Assembly: GCA_002269645.1 (NCBI GenBank)
Contig: NIVC01000202.1
Location: forward strand, 310,001-374,000
Reading direction: 5' to 3'
Length of the DNA: 64,000 nt
From: Macrostomum lignano
Taxonomy: Eukaryota
The notes below the pieces were generated by a model that worked only from the letters and a program-made list of their open reading frames with translations, was not told the origin of the DNA and made no database searches. Both the position numbers and the translations under genes were made by a program. Positions 52,195 through 63,204 of this stretch are shown here, piece by piece. Positions within the stretch are counted from its first letter, which is position 1. Every line of letters begins with the position of its first letter.

Positions 52195-53545
52195 AGCAGC
52201 CAATCAGAGGATAACTGACAACCCAATACACCAGTGTCATTCTCTACCCCTGTCCAGCCAATTAGAGGCTAACTGACAACCCAATACACCAGTGTCATTC
52301 TCTACCCCTGTCCAGCCAATTAGAGGCTAACTGACAACCCAATACCCCAGTGTCATTCTCTGCCCCCGTCCAGCCAATCAGAGGCTAACTGACAACCCAA
52401 TACACCAGTGTCATTCTCTACCCCTGTCCAGCCAATCAGAGGCTAACTGACAACCCAATACCCCAGTGTCATTCTCTGCCTCCGTCCAGCCAATCAGAGG
52501 CTAACTGACAACCCAATACCCCAGTGTCATTCTCTACCCCCGTCCAGCCAATCGGAGGCTAACTGACAACCCAATACCCCAGTGTCATTCTCTGCCCCTG
52601 TCCAGCCAATCAGAGGCTAACTGACAACCCAATACCCCAGTGTCATTCTCTACCCCTGTCCAGCCAATCAGAGGCTAACTGACAACCCAATACCCCAGTG
52701 TCATTCTCTACCCCTGTCCAGCCAATCAGAGGCTAACTGACAACCCAATACCCCAGTGTCATTCTCTGCCCCCGTCCAACCAATCAGAGGCTAACTGACA
52801 ACCCAATACCCCAGTGTCATTCTCTACCCCTGTCCAGCCAATCAGAGGCTAACTGACAACCCAATACCCCAGTGTCATTCTCTACCCCTGTCCAGCCAAT
52901 CAGAGGCTAACTGACAACCCAATACCCCAGTGTCATTCTCTGCCCCCGTCCAGCCAATCAGAGGCTAACTGACAACCCAATACCCCAGTGTCATTCTCTG
53001 CCCCCGTCCAGCCAATTAGAGGCTAACTGACAACCCAATACCCCAGTGTCATTCTCTGCCCCCGTCCAGCCAATTAGAGGCTAACTGACAACCCAATACC
53101 CCAGTGTCATTCTCTGCCCCTGTCCAGCCAATCAGAGGCTAACTGACAACCCAATACCCCAGTGTCATTCTCTGCCCCAGCCCAGCCAATCAGAGGCTAA
53201 CTGACAACTCAATACCCCAGTGTCATTCACTGCCCCAGCCCAGCCAATCGGAGGCTAACTGACAACCCAATACCCCAGTGTCATTCTCTGCCCCTGTCCA
53301 GCCAATCGGAGGCTAACTGACAACTTAATACCCCAGTGTCATTCTCTGCCCCAGCCCAGCAAATCGGAGGCTAACTGACAACCCAATACCCCAGTGACAT
53401 TCTCTGCCCCAGCCCAGCCAATCAGAGGCTAACTGACAACCCAATACCCCAGTGTCATTCTCTGCCCCAGTCCAGCCAATCAGAGGAAAACTGACAACCC
53501 AATACCCCAGTGTCATTCTCTACCCAGCGCAGCCAATCAGGGGGC
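52195..53545 (+). repeat. 58-bp minisatellite in HCN intron 4
   Basis: Unit ccaatcagaggctaactgacaacccaataccccagtgtcattctctgcccccgtccag, about 23 copies. Confidence 0.97.
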
Positions 53546-53582
53546 TCCAGCTAAAAAATGCTTTCTTCACTTCATTAAAAAG

Positions 53583-53680
53583 GTCGAGCCCTGAGAATCC
53601 TGCGTCTAGCGAAGCTGCTCAGTCTGCTGCGGCTGCTTCGACTCTCCCGATTGGTCCGCTACGTCAGCCAATGGGAGGAA
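53583..53680 (+). CDS. HCN: HCN exon 5 (S4 voltage sensor)
   Basis: [33 protein letters not shown]; GTGAGT donor, phase 0. Confidence 0.97.
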
Positions 53681-54266
53681 GTGAGTTTTTTATTTATAAT
53701 TTCCATCAAGAGTTTATTTAGTCGAATATGTACGAGTACGCCATTCTCCTATTGGATTGTATTTTACTAATGAATCGAATTTGTCATTATGATTTCTATC
53801 AATTTTCAAATGTGAGTTACAGCATAGTTAAAAAGGACTCGCAAGTCGCGGAAAATGTTTGAGGACACATTGATTTAAAAAAACCGGCTTTTATCTAAAA
53901 CTCTGTATCTAAATTTATTTAAAGATTTGCTTCGCAGATATTAGCCAAAATATCTAGCTCAAAAGTATGTATAAAGTATTGAATACGTCATGTACTTACT
54001 AAGTCCCACGAGGAACAGACCTAAGTGATTTGAGTGAGTGGGAGCCTGCTTACATATCCATGTGGGTGCTCAGGTGTCAATGCTGAATGGGAGTGACTGT
54101 TTGCCTCTTTGCCGGGTCAACTGCCGCCACAGACTGCTCCAGCATTCACAGCCCCCTTGACAGCTAGTATTGGTTAGAGGCAACCAGCGACACACTGCAG
54201 CAGACACGAGCTCCGCCACTCCCCGAGGACTTATCCGTCTTCTTTTGCCTCGCGTTACGCTTTCAG

Positions 54267-54416
54267 TTTTTTCAAATAGCCAGCAAATGCTTCGGCATCA
54301 TCAAGCTGGTGCTCATTATGATGCTGCTGGGACACTGGAACGCCTGCTTCCAGTTTCTGATACCGTTTCTAAACGATTTCCCGCCGGACTCCTGGGTGGC
54401 TAAGCGCGGACTGAAG
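54267..54416 (+). CDS. HCN: HCN alternative exon 6a (S4-S5 linker/S5)
   Basis: 150 nt, TTTCAG/GTGACA, open: FFQIASKCFGIIKLVLIMMLLGHWNACFQFLIPFLNDFPPDSWVAKRGLK. Confidence 0.88.
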
Positions 54417-55755
54417 GTGACAAAAATCTGTGCAGGCTACTTATAGTAGCTTATTGGATGGCTGCCTCTGGATCGGTGCTGATCGTGTGGGGGCAGGGGT
54501 TTATAGCCAGCCCCCAGATTCTGCACCAACCCTCCCAGCCTCTCTGGACTGATGAAGGCGATGCATGACGCCGTAGCCTTCTAATCCAAGGATTTCTAAC
54601 GAGCAACAGGACTGAACGCGGACTCCTTTAAACGTCTGGACTAGAAATGAGCCGGTCTGCTGTTAATGATGAAGATGGTTGAAAAATAACTCTTTTTTAT
54701 AAGTTTTTATAGCAAATTAGGATAATAACTGATAGCCCCAAATGGTTTAATTTGGGCTTTTTCGGCTCATTTCTAGTCTCTAAGTGTTTAAAGGTCCATG
54801 GCCAAATTAAAAAAACTTGAAGAACAAGTTCATGGACCACTGGTCTCTAATGAGTTAAATAATTAACTTTTATTTGAAAGCTCAATTTCGATTCAAAAAA
54901 TGTATTTCTTAGAAATACGATGGAGGCTGGTAAGGAATGTGCGTTTGTCGAGAAGGGAAAAAACTCGAGAACGCATAGCGCTGAATGGGGTTTGGCCATA
55001 GACAAATTCGGTTAAGAATTAATCCGATTTCTCGAGAGCATGCGAAATGCACTGGCGATGTGACAGCTCAATGTTCAATGTTCTGAGGTCACATTTCGCA
55101 GGTTTATCGAGTATGGTTTAGGAAAAAATGCAAAAACGATAACAACTGTTCCCATCTCTTTGAAGCGAAATGATCGCTTTAAATAGAATATCCATAATTT
55201 TTGTGTTAAGGTTGCAAATCTTCTTAGAGGTAGGAAATTCGGCCTTAGTTTTTTTTTAAAAAGTTCTTAAACTTTAGTTATTTTAATTAACAGTCCTTGC
55301 TTCTAACTCGGAAGATCCCTGGATTGGAAGCGTCAAGTCCAGTTTGGCTGTTATTCAGTATGTAGCCCAGTAGCTATCGCTATTTTCTCTGGCAGTTTTC
55401 GAAGCGTCAGTGGCAGGATTAGGGATTGGATATTGAATTCTAAGAATTCCACTTATTGCCGAACACCCACTCAGACGGTGTTGATCACCCAGGGAGAAGC
55501 GAAGCATCAACACAAATGATTCGGGAGTCCCCGATGTTTTTTGCACTTTCATAGCTTTGTTGTTCCTACTGATTTTTTCTCTAGCAAATGCCATTCTAAG
55601 AAGCACTTGACGAGCTTTGTTTGTTTTTTTAATTTTAATTGTTGCTGATCAAGACATTAATGCTATTGATAATTGTGTGATCCGCGCACCGACATAATGT
55701 GCTTATATAAGTCCGTCCTACCCTAGCAACGCGCACTCAAAACCCTCGCTTTCAG

Positions 55756-55905
55756 CTGCTGAACGTTGCCAATAAATTTATGGGAATATTTAATCTCGTG
55801 CTGCTCATGCTGCTGCTTGGCCACTGGAACGCCTGTCTGCAGTTTCTCATCCCGTTTCTGCAAGAGTTCCCAGACCAATCCTGGGTGTCTCGCTGCGGAC
55901 TCAAG
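55756..55905 (+). CDS. HCN: HCN alternative exon 6b (S4-S5 linker/S5)
   Basis: 150 nt, TTTCAG/GTGAAT, open: LLNVANKFMGIFNLVLLMLLLGHWNACLQFLIPFLQEFPDQSWVSRCGLK. Confidence 0.9.
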
Positions 55906-56717
55906 GTGAATTTGCCCCTCCTCCTGGCGCTTGTTGCCATGGCGATGAAGCGTCGATATCGCAATAAATATCGCATGCGACAATTCCTTGCAAGTTTCGA
56001 AGCGTTGATGCAGCAGTTTAGGACTGGAGGGGAGTTTTGTTGGTGCGCACATCTGCACCTAATTGGAGCGCACGGATGTACATGTACTGAGCAAAAGGGT
56101 TGGACCACCAATATGATCAAGCGCACTATACGAGCGTATCATATACACATGTTTACATGCAAGCTCGTCCGCATTTTGTGCAAAACTGCTTCATTCACAG
56201 CGACACCATTGAACAATAGTTTTCTGGGCCAGTGGTGCACAAATTGCACAATAAAATATTTAAGCGTAAAATTTCCGAAAGATACAATAAATATGCTAAG
56301 CATACCATTGAAACTTGGGCCCAATTTCATAGAACTCTTTGATGTATATTTATCAGCTCTCTAAACAGAGTTTTGCCCGCAGCCCTCCTAAATTTGGCTC
56401 CCAACCGATCTGAAAGCGTCTAGGGGACTGGTTGCCAAGTTGTTCATGAAATCGGGCCCTGGAGCATGCAGCATTGGTTATAAATGGCAATATTAATTTG
56501 CTTAATGCATCCCAGTTGTTTATGCTTGCACTTCTCTTGACCTATTTTATATACAGCAGCTTGTCTATATCGCATACACTGTCTGCAGAAGTACTTGTTG
56601 CTACCCTAATTTGGTGCCGATAACTTTTTTACCCTGCGTGAAAACAAGTTTTTAACCCTATTGATCATTTGAAGTGGGCGGTGATTTCGGGGCGCGAATC
56701 CCGCCACGCACTTTCAG

Positions 56718-56867
56718 CTGCTGAACGTTGCCTCCGTGTTCATGCGGGTGGCCAACCTCATCTGCCTGATGCTGCTGCTGGCGCACTGGAACGGCTGCTT
56801 GCAGTTCTTGGTGCCGGCGATTCAGGACTTTCCCAAGGACTCTTGGGTTAAGAAGCTGAACATGCAG
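56718..56867 (+). CDS. HCN: HCN alternative exon 6c (S4-S5 linker/S5, canonical type)
   Basis: 150 nt, TTTCAG/GTAGAG, open: [50 protein letters not shown]. Confidence 0.92.
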
Positions 56868-57548
56868 GTAGAGCCGCCGCAGCTGCCCCTCCTTAAACCA
56901 GACTTTCAAAATCGGATCTTGTTGCACCTTGAGTTCTGTTTTTTTCTTTCAATTTTATTACCTGTATAAACCCATGTTTTTGTTTGTTTATTTATTATGT
57001 GGACAAGGTCAGCCTATCACCAGATTATTTTATTGCCTCACTAACTTTGCTTAGTCATATAGATGTGAAACCAGGCAATAATTCATAATTAAGGTGCAGT
57101 TTATCGAGGCACCATCGAGCGGTAGGACCTGGGCTCGAATCCTGACAGGGGATCTTCAAGGAAGTCACCTTTCGGAAAATACCAGAGGCAATACGGTGGC
57201 CTGCTACGCATCCACGTGTACAGTTTCCATGTGTCCCGAGTACACAACACAGGCGCACAGAACTAACATTTGGCCTCATATTTTTAACAACTAACCGAAA
57301 AAGAACTGCAGCAAAAGTAGCCAATTAACAAGCAGCCTCACCAATGAAAATTTTCTCGACACTGCATTATTTTCAAATCAATTATTCTGCGCCTATATAC
57401 ACCGCCACTTTCTAGTCATACTGCTTTCGGTTATTTAACTTGTTTTGCGACACATAATTCGCATTATCATTTTCAGATTTTTAAGCAAGCATATTAGCAG
57501 TGCCAGTAATCACATATTTATTTTCGCTATGAATACAATAATCTAAGC

Positions 57549-57886
57549 ATTAGCCTAGTGGTTAGAGCGTCGGACCCACGACTTGAAGGTCGGGGGTTCG
57601 ATTCCCGATCCCACTGGAACAATTTGTGTCCTTGAGTAAGACATTGAACTCTGCATTGCTTCAGTTCACCCAGCTGTAAAATGGGTGCCAGCATTAGCTG
57701 GGGTAATTGATGGTGTGTGTGGCGACCCCCCAGTCCTTGGACTGAACAGCCGTACGCAGCCTTCCGATGCGCCGCACAATAGCTGCGGCTGAGCTGTTGG
57801 TTGCACATCTGCCCAATAGGGAAGGTGTAATAAATTATTATTATTATTATTATTATTAATATTATTATTATTATTATTATTATTAG
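57549..57886 (+). mobile_element. SINE family 1, near full length with (TAT)n tail
   Basis: TAGCCTAGTGG (A-box), GGTTCGATTCC (B-box), tgtgtccttgagtaag...cagttcacccagctgtaaaatggg (CORE-like), 3' gtgtaat(aat/tat)n. Confidence 0.92.
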
Positions 57887-58894
57887 TAATGTATGTAGAA
57901 ATCAAAATCAAGAACTATATTATTAGTTTATCAGTAGTTTCCATCCACTGTTATTGCCATAACATTGCCATAATTGCCAAAACATAACATCCTATAAAGA
58001 AGTATAGAATTTTTGCTGACCAATTTGAAACGCTGCGACCTGGGATTGTCACACTGTGACCTGGGATTGTCACACTGTGATCTGGGATTGTCACACTGTG
58101 ATTTAGGAGTGACTTAACACGGCGATTTATGCGACTGTCTCATTTTCGATCGTAAATAAAGCTTGTGAAATGGCCTTTCCCAATGGACAAATGGCATTTC
58201 GGAGCGCTTTTTTCAATGGTTGATTTTGTTAAATTTTATGCAAGCACACTAAAACCGCACTTGATAAAGCATGCACCGCATAGTGCTTGCAAAAAGCATA
58301 TATAGCTGCATGCCGATAGAACCATGTTTCCGCAATCATCGCAGTGTGTACAGTTTTAAAATTGTTGAGATTATGAGAGCTTTAAATCTGAAAAGTTCAA
58401 AAAAAAGTTTTTTTTACAAACGACGCTTCGAAATTTGCCAACGCAACGGTCTTCGTTTCTGTAGCGGCCTCTCAGGCTTCGCAATGTTTGAGTGCAGTAA
58501 GAGGCATCTGTCAGGACGCAGGCTGACTCTGGTTGCTAGATCATAAAGTCCTGGAAATCTGTGGGGTTTGGACGATAAACTGGGTGCTGGTTCGGATTGA
58601 AAATCGATAATGTTAACTAAATTTTGGCTTGGTATTTCTGCCGTTAATTTGACTTAATAAAACAAGAAACCTGCCATGAGACCGCAGCTGCAGCGAAGGC
58701 CTTGCGAACCCCTTGCCCCCCCCCCTGAACACCCTACCTAACGATATTACTAGCTAACTCTCTCATTTTATTAACCAATTTATGTATAACTTCTGATACA
58801 AATCGTTGAATCGAATTTTCCCAACCCACCCCGTCCTCCAATCGAAATTTTCTCAAACACACAAACAACACGCGAACGTCAACAACTGGACCAG

Positions 58895-59113
58895 GAGGCG
58901 CACTGGTTCCGCCAGTACACCTGGGCACTGTTTAAAGCCATGAGCCACATGCTCAGCATTGGCTACGGGCAGCATCCGCCGACCAGCATCAGCGAGGCCT
59001 GGATCACCATTGTCAGCATGATGACCGGCTCCTCATGCTACGCCCTGTTCGTTGGACACGCGGCCGCTCTGATACAGAGCTTCGACACGTCAAAACGGCT
59101 GTACAGGGAGAAG
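58895..59113 (+). CDS. HCN: HCN exon 7 (pore helix, GYG filter, S6)
   Basis: [67 protein letters not shown]. Confidence 0.97.
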
Positions 59114-59375
59114 GTGAGTCAGGGAAACTGGCTTTGCGTGTGCCATTGTGTCTGTTACATGTAATGTCAGAGTGTCTATGTGTTCTGATGTCAGAATGTC
59201 TCAGTTGCCTGTGTGTCATGGTGTTTGAGTGTTGGACGTCGTATCGTCTTAGGGCCTTAGTGTTTTTATCTGGTTGACGGAGTGTGTTTTAGTCTGTGTT
59301 TAGTAACTGTTTGATCGACTGGTCGTTCTCGTCTCTGTGCCTTTTGTCTCTAAAACTTTCTCCTGGCCAACTCAG

Positions 59376-59522
59376 TTCAAGCAAGTGGAGGAGTACATGG
59401 CCTACCGCAAGCTGCCGAGAGCGCTTCGCCAAAGGATTGCGAACTATTACGAGCATCGGTATCAGGGCAAGATGTTCAATGAGAACGACATCCTCAGCGA
59501 GCTGTCCGAATGCCTTAGAGAG
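59376..59522 (+). CDS. HCN: HCN exon 8 (C-linker)
   Basis: [49 protein letters not shown]. Confidence 0.97.
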
Positions 59523-59681
59523 GTGAGTTTATCCGGGAAGTACATCAATTTTTCGAAAATTCAGTAAAATGGTTTTCGTGTACTTACGAACTCACTGCAA
59601 AGACACAAATTGGGTACCAAGTTGAGTCCATTGTCAGAGACTGCCGAAATGTTTATGTAATCCCGTTCGGCCATCCCGCAG

Positions 59682-59925
59682 CAAATCATCAACTATAACT
59701 GCCGCGCCTTGGTGGCGGCCGTGCCCTTCTTCACCTACGCCGATCAGGACTTTGTCTCCGAAGTGGTCACCAGGCTCAAATACGAGGTGTTCCAACCGGG
59801 CGATCTGATTATCAAGGAGGGCACCATCGGCACCAAGATGTACTTTATTCAAGAGGGCATTGTTGACATCATCACTCGTGATGGGGAGGTGGCAACGAGC
59901 CTGTCCGATGGGTCCTACTTTGGCG
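59682..59925 (+). CDS. HCN: HCN exon 9 (CNBD)
   Basis: [49 protein letters not shown]. Confidence 0.97.
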
Positions 59926-59941
59926 GTGAGCGGCGCGTCAG

Positions 59942-59965
59942 TTAGGGTTAGGGTTAGGGTTAGGG
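59942..59965 (+). repeat. Interstitial (TTAGGG)4
   Basis: Four perfect telomeric hexamers 16 nt after the exon 9 donor. Confidence 0.85.
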
Positions 59966-61057
59966 CTTTGTAGCACTAGAACATGCAAACTAGTTACGGG
60001 CATAACTAGACTAACTAGACTTTAAGCTATAAAGCTTTCGCCGGACAACAATGCAATTTTTCTGCAATTTAACACCTATTTATTGGTTCCCAGTAAACCA
60101 TTTTGTCGAGCTAGTAGGCTGCTGCTGCTCTGCTCCATCATCGGTTAGAATTCTGGATTGGACTGGGTAGGGCTCTCCTCCACTCGGCACGCGGGCTTCT
60201 GCGCATGGGAATTAACCGCAGGTATTGAGTGGCCGCTAATTGAGTTTGCGACTCCCCACGGATCCAAATAAGCCTTGGGACTCGAAATCTGAGAGTTCTA
60301 CTCCTGCTGTCTCTGTTCCACGCACCTATCTCTCACCCTCTCACGCTCTCGCTCTTTCATTCCGGTTTCCCAGATTGAATCCGGTGTTGGTTAATCGCCT
60401 TCTTCCACCTTAGTTCTGCTGAGGTCGGGCAGATAGATAGATTGCGAATATGAGATGAAGCGTCTTGTGCGTTGCAGTTGGAACTTTCTTCTGCGAACAG
60501 GAGGCGAGTGAGAGCGCGAGTAAGAGAGAATAAACGGGGAGAATTTTCCCGTCCCAGCATATAGTGCCCTCAGGGATTCCGTGTGCAGGGCTGCGACCGC
60601 TAATGAGGGCCGAGTTGATTTCCAGAGCTGGCGCAGGAACGGAGGGATATTGGCCGGAAGGATGGTTCAGATTGGGGAGTGCAGTTCCTTTCCCTGGTTA
60701 ATAAGTTCGAGTAGGTGAAGCGACTTATTAATGAGATATCACTATACTCGAGTAAGAGTAAGATTGCAACAAGGAGCAGGCGGCTGCAGGCATGGGTACA
60801 ACTAGACATATAAAGTCCCACTGGCCAAGCAAATGTAACTCAAAGGTACCTACTTGAGTTTTGAGCAACTTAGGAAGCTGTTTACCCATGTATGCTGAAC
60901 TTCGACTCACACGTTGACCCACGCTGAATTTAGAATCGTTTGGACCTATTGGTTAGTTTTACGCATTTTGACCCATTCCACAGTCAACCCATTTCAACTT
61001 ATGTCGACCCTTATTAACCTACGTGGACCTTACGTTCACCTCTGACCAATCGCGCAG

Positions 61058-61644
61058 AGATCTGTCTGCTGACAAACGCCAGACGAGTGGCCAGCGTCCG
61101 TGCTGAGACCTATTGCAACCTGTACTCGCTGGAGCGGGAGAACTTTCTCTCGGTGCTGGACAATTACCCGCTAATGCGACGCACCATGGAGTCCGTGGCG
61201 GCTGAGCGGCTCAGCAAGATCGGCCAGAACCCGCAGCTTGTGAGCAGCCGAGCCGATCTCAAAGAGGACCTCAACCTGGTGAAGGAGATTGTCAACCAGG
61301 TGACCCCGGCCACCAGCGATGACAACGACGATAGCTGCGGCGGAGGCGCCGGCGCCGGTGCGTGCGGAGGCAGCGCGGTCTGTGGCGACGGCAAAAAGTC
61401 GTCTCCGCCGCACACAGAGCGCCGGAAGTCGGTGGTGAAACTCGGCCTGCAGAAGCTTGGCCTGTCCTCCAAGTCCAAGTCCAGAGGCAACCTGTTCGCC
61501 AATTTCCACCTGGGCGGCCACCATCATCAGCAGCATCAGAACCAAGATCCCAGCGGGGCGTCAACTTCGCAACAGCCGCCCGGTTACGAGGCGGCCACTT
61601 CGGACCAGAGAGAAATCGCCACGGACAAAGAGTCGGCAGTCTGA
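61058..61644 (+). CDS. HCN: HCN exon 10 (CNBD phosphate-binding cassette, C-terminus)
   Basis: EICLLTNARRVASVRAETYCNLYSL..YPLMRRTMESVAAERLSKIG; TGA at 61642-61644. With exon 1a and one exon 6 the CDS is 2727 nt (908 aa). Confidence 0.97.
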
Positions 61645-62934
61645 CTGATACAAAGACTCGCAACACAAGGGCGGTGGGAAATTTTGCATGCGCAACAAAA
61701 TTTTGTTATATTATTATTTTATTTTCGGCATTGTTCTACCCAAATTTGAATGGTTCCGCACTGCACGCGTCATTAACAGTACAGCCAGCCGAATTTGAAC
61801 TTATCCAGTCGTTCCCGCGCTCTCTGCCTTCTTTATCTCATCATTGTTCTTCTATTCTCAAGTTCCTCCTGTTGAGCAAATTTCATTAATTACCCAATCC
61901 TATTTTGAGCAATTAAGAACCGTTCTTAATTGAAAACTTTCTTCAATAACTTTGGCCTGATCAATTCTCTCGTGAAGGTTTTAACAGGTTTTAAGACCTT
62001 AAGAAGGAATTATGCTCTGTCATTTTGTACAGTGTTCGCTATATAGTTCGTTCTTCAGCATATCGATTAGCTCGTAGAAAAGTGCGCCAGTATAAGGGCA
62101 TATATTATAAACAGTACGCAAATGCCTTCTGGCGACTGCAACGTAAAAGCAGTGCATTTCAGTCACCAGTTCAGCAACGCTTCGGCGACTCTAGAGGCGC
62201 AAATTAGACTTATAAAAAATCAATTTGAAGCCTTTAAAACTCCGACAGAGCCACGCCCTGCCCTCGCGCACCACTCTACTTTTTGCATCCTCACGTGATC
62301 TTCATTTTCTTTCTTCTGCTTTTTTAGTAGCACCCGCTGTACTGCGCCAGTTAATCTCATTAGCTAATAGCATCAAGGACTCATGCTAGCACCGCAGCAG
62401 ATCTGTTTCCACATTTTCTGGGCTCAGACTCTGTGTAAGTCGAAGCCATAGGTGCAAATCCTATCCTATGTTTGCTATTCCATAGCTAATTTTATACTCA
62501 AAAGCCCGGAATAGACGAGAGACAGACGGACGCAAACGAATATGACACTTCGTGGTGTCGTCTGTTATCGGTGTTGTTTTCAAAAGAAATTATCGACTGC
62601 CCCCAAGCTACTGTCGAACCGAAAGATATTTCTGATTATTCGCACCGCTGTTCCTCAGACATTGCTTCATTTGAATTCGTAAAAATAATACTTGAATTCG
62701 GACAGCTTGATGCTACGTCTTTTTGCTTTTTGCTTCTTTATTAATGCAATGGGGAGTAGCCGAATAGCAGTGGAACCCTGTGATTATGGTTATTTGTGAG
62801 GGAGAGTGAACCATCTTGGCATTTGGATCATCAAACGATTCTTCAGTATAAGGAGAGTTACTAGGGATGAGGAATCCTGTATTTCTAGAGGTGAGCGATA
62901 CTGAATGTCTAAGGATGAGGTTTAATGAATGTCT

Positions 62935-63203
62935 AGGGGTGAGGGATCCTGAATGTCTAGGGGTGAGGGATCCTGAATGTCTAGGGGTGAGGGATCCTGA
63001 ATGTCTAGGGGTGAGGGATCCTGAATGTCTAGGGGTGAGGGATCCTGAATGTCTAGGGGTGAGGGATCCTGAATGTCTAGGGGTGAGGGATCCTGAATGT
63101 CTAGAGGTGAGGGATCCTGAGTGTCTAGGGGTGAGGGATCCTGAGTGTCTAGGGGTGAGGGATCCTGAGTGTCTAGGGGTGAGGGATCCTGAATGTCTAG
63201 GGG
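62935..63203 (+). repeat. 24-bp minisatellite
   Basis: Unit gagggatcctgaatgtctaggggt, about 11 copies. Confidence 0.95.
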
Positions 63204-63204
63204 T

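Noticed and set aside
54267-56867. Reading 6a-6c as constitutive exons or as parts of separate HCN paralogues
   Set aside because: Joining them gives three S5 helices. All other HCN exons occur once, and only this exon is repeated with identical length and phase.
57549-57615. tRNA gene
   Set aside because: It has A and B boxes but no clean cloverleaf or acceptor stem, and it continues into a shared SINE body in three copies.
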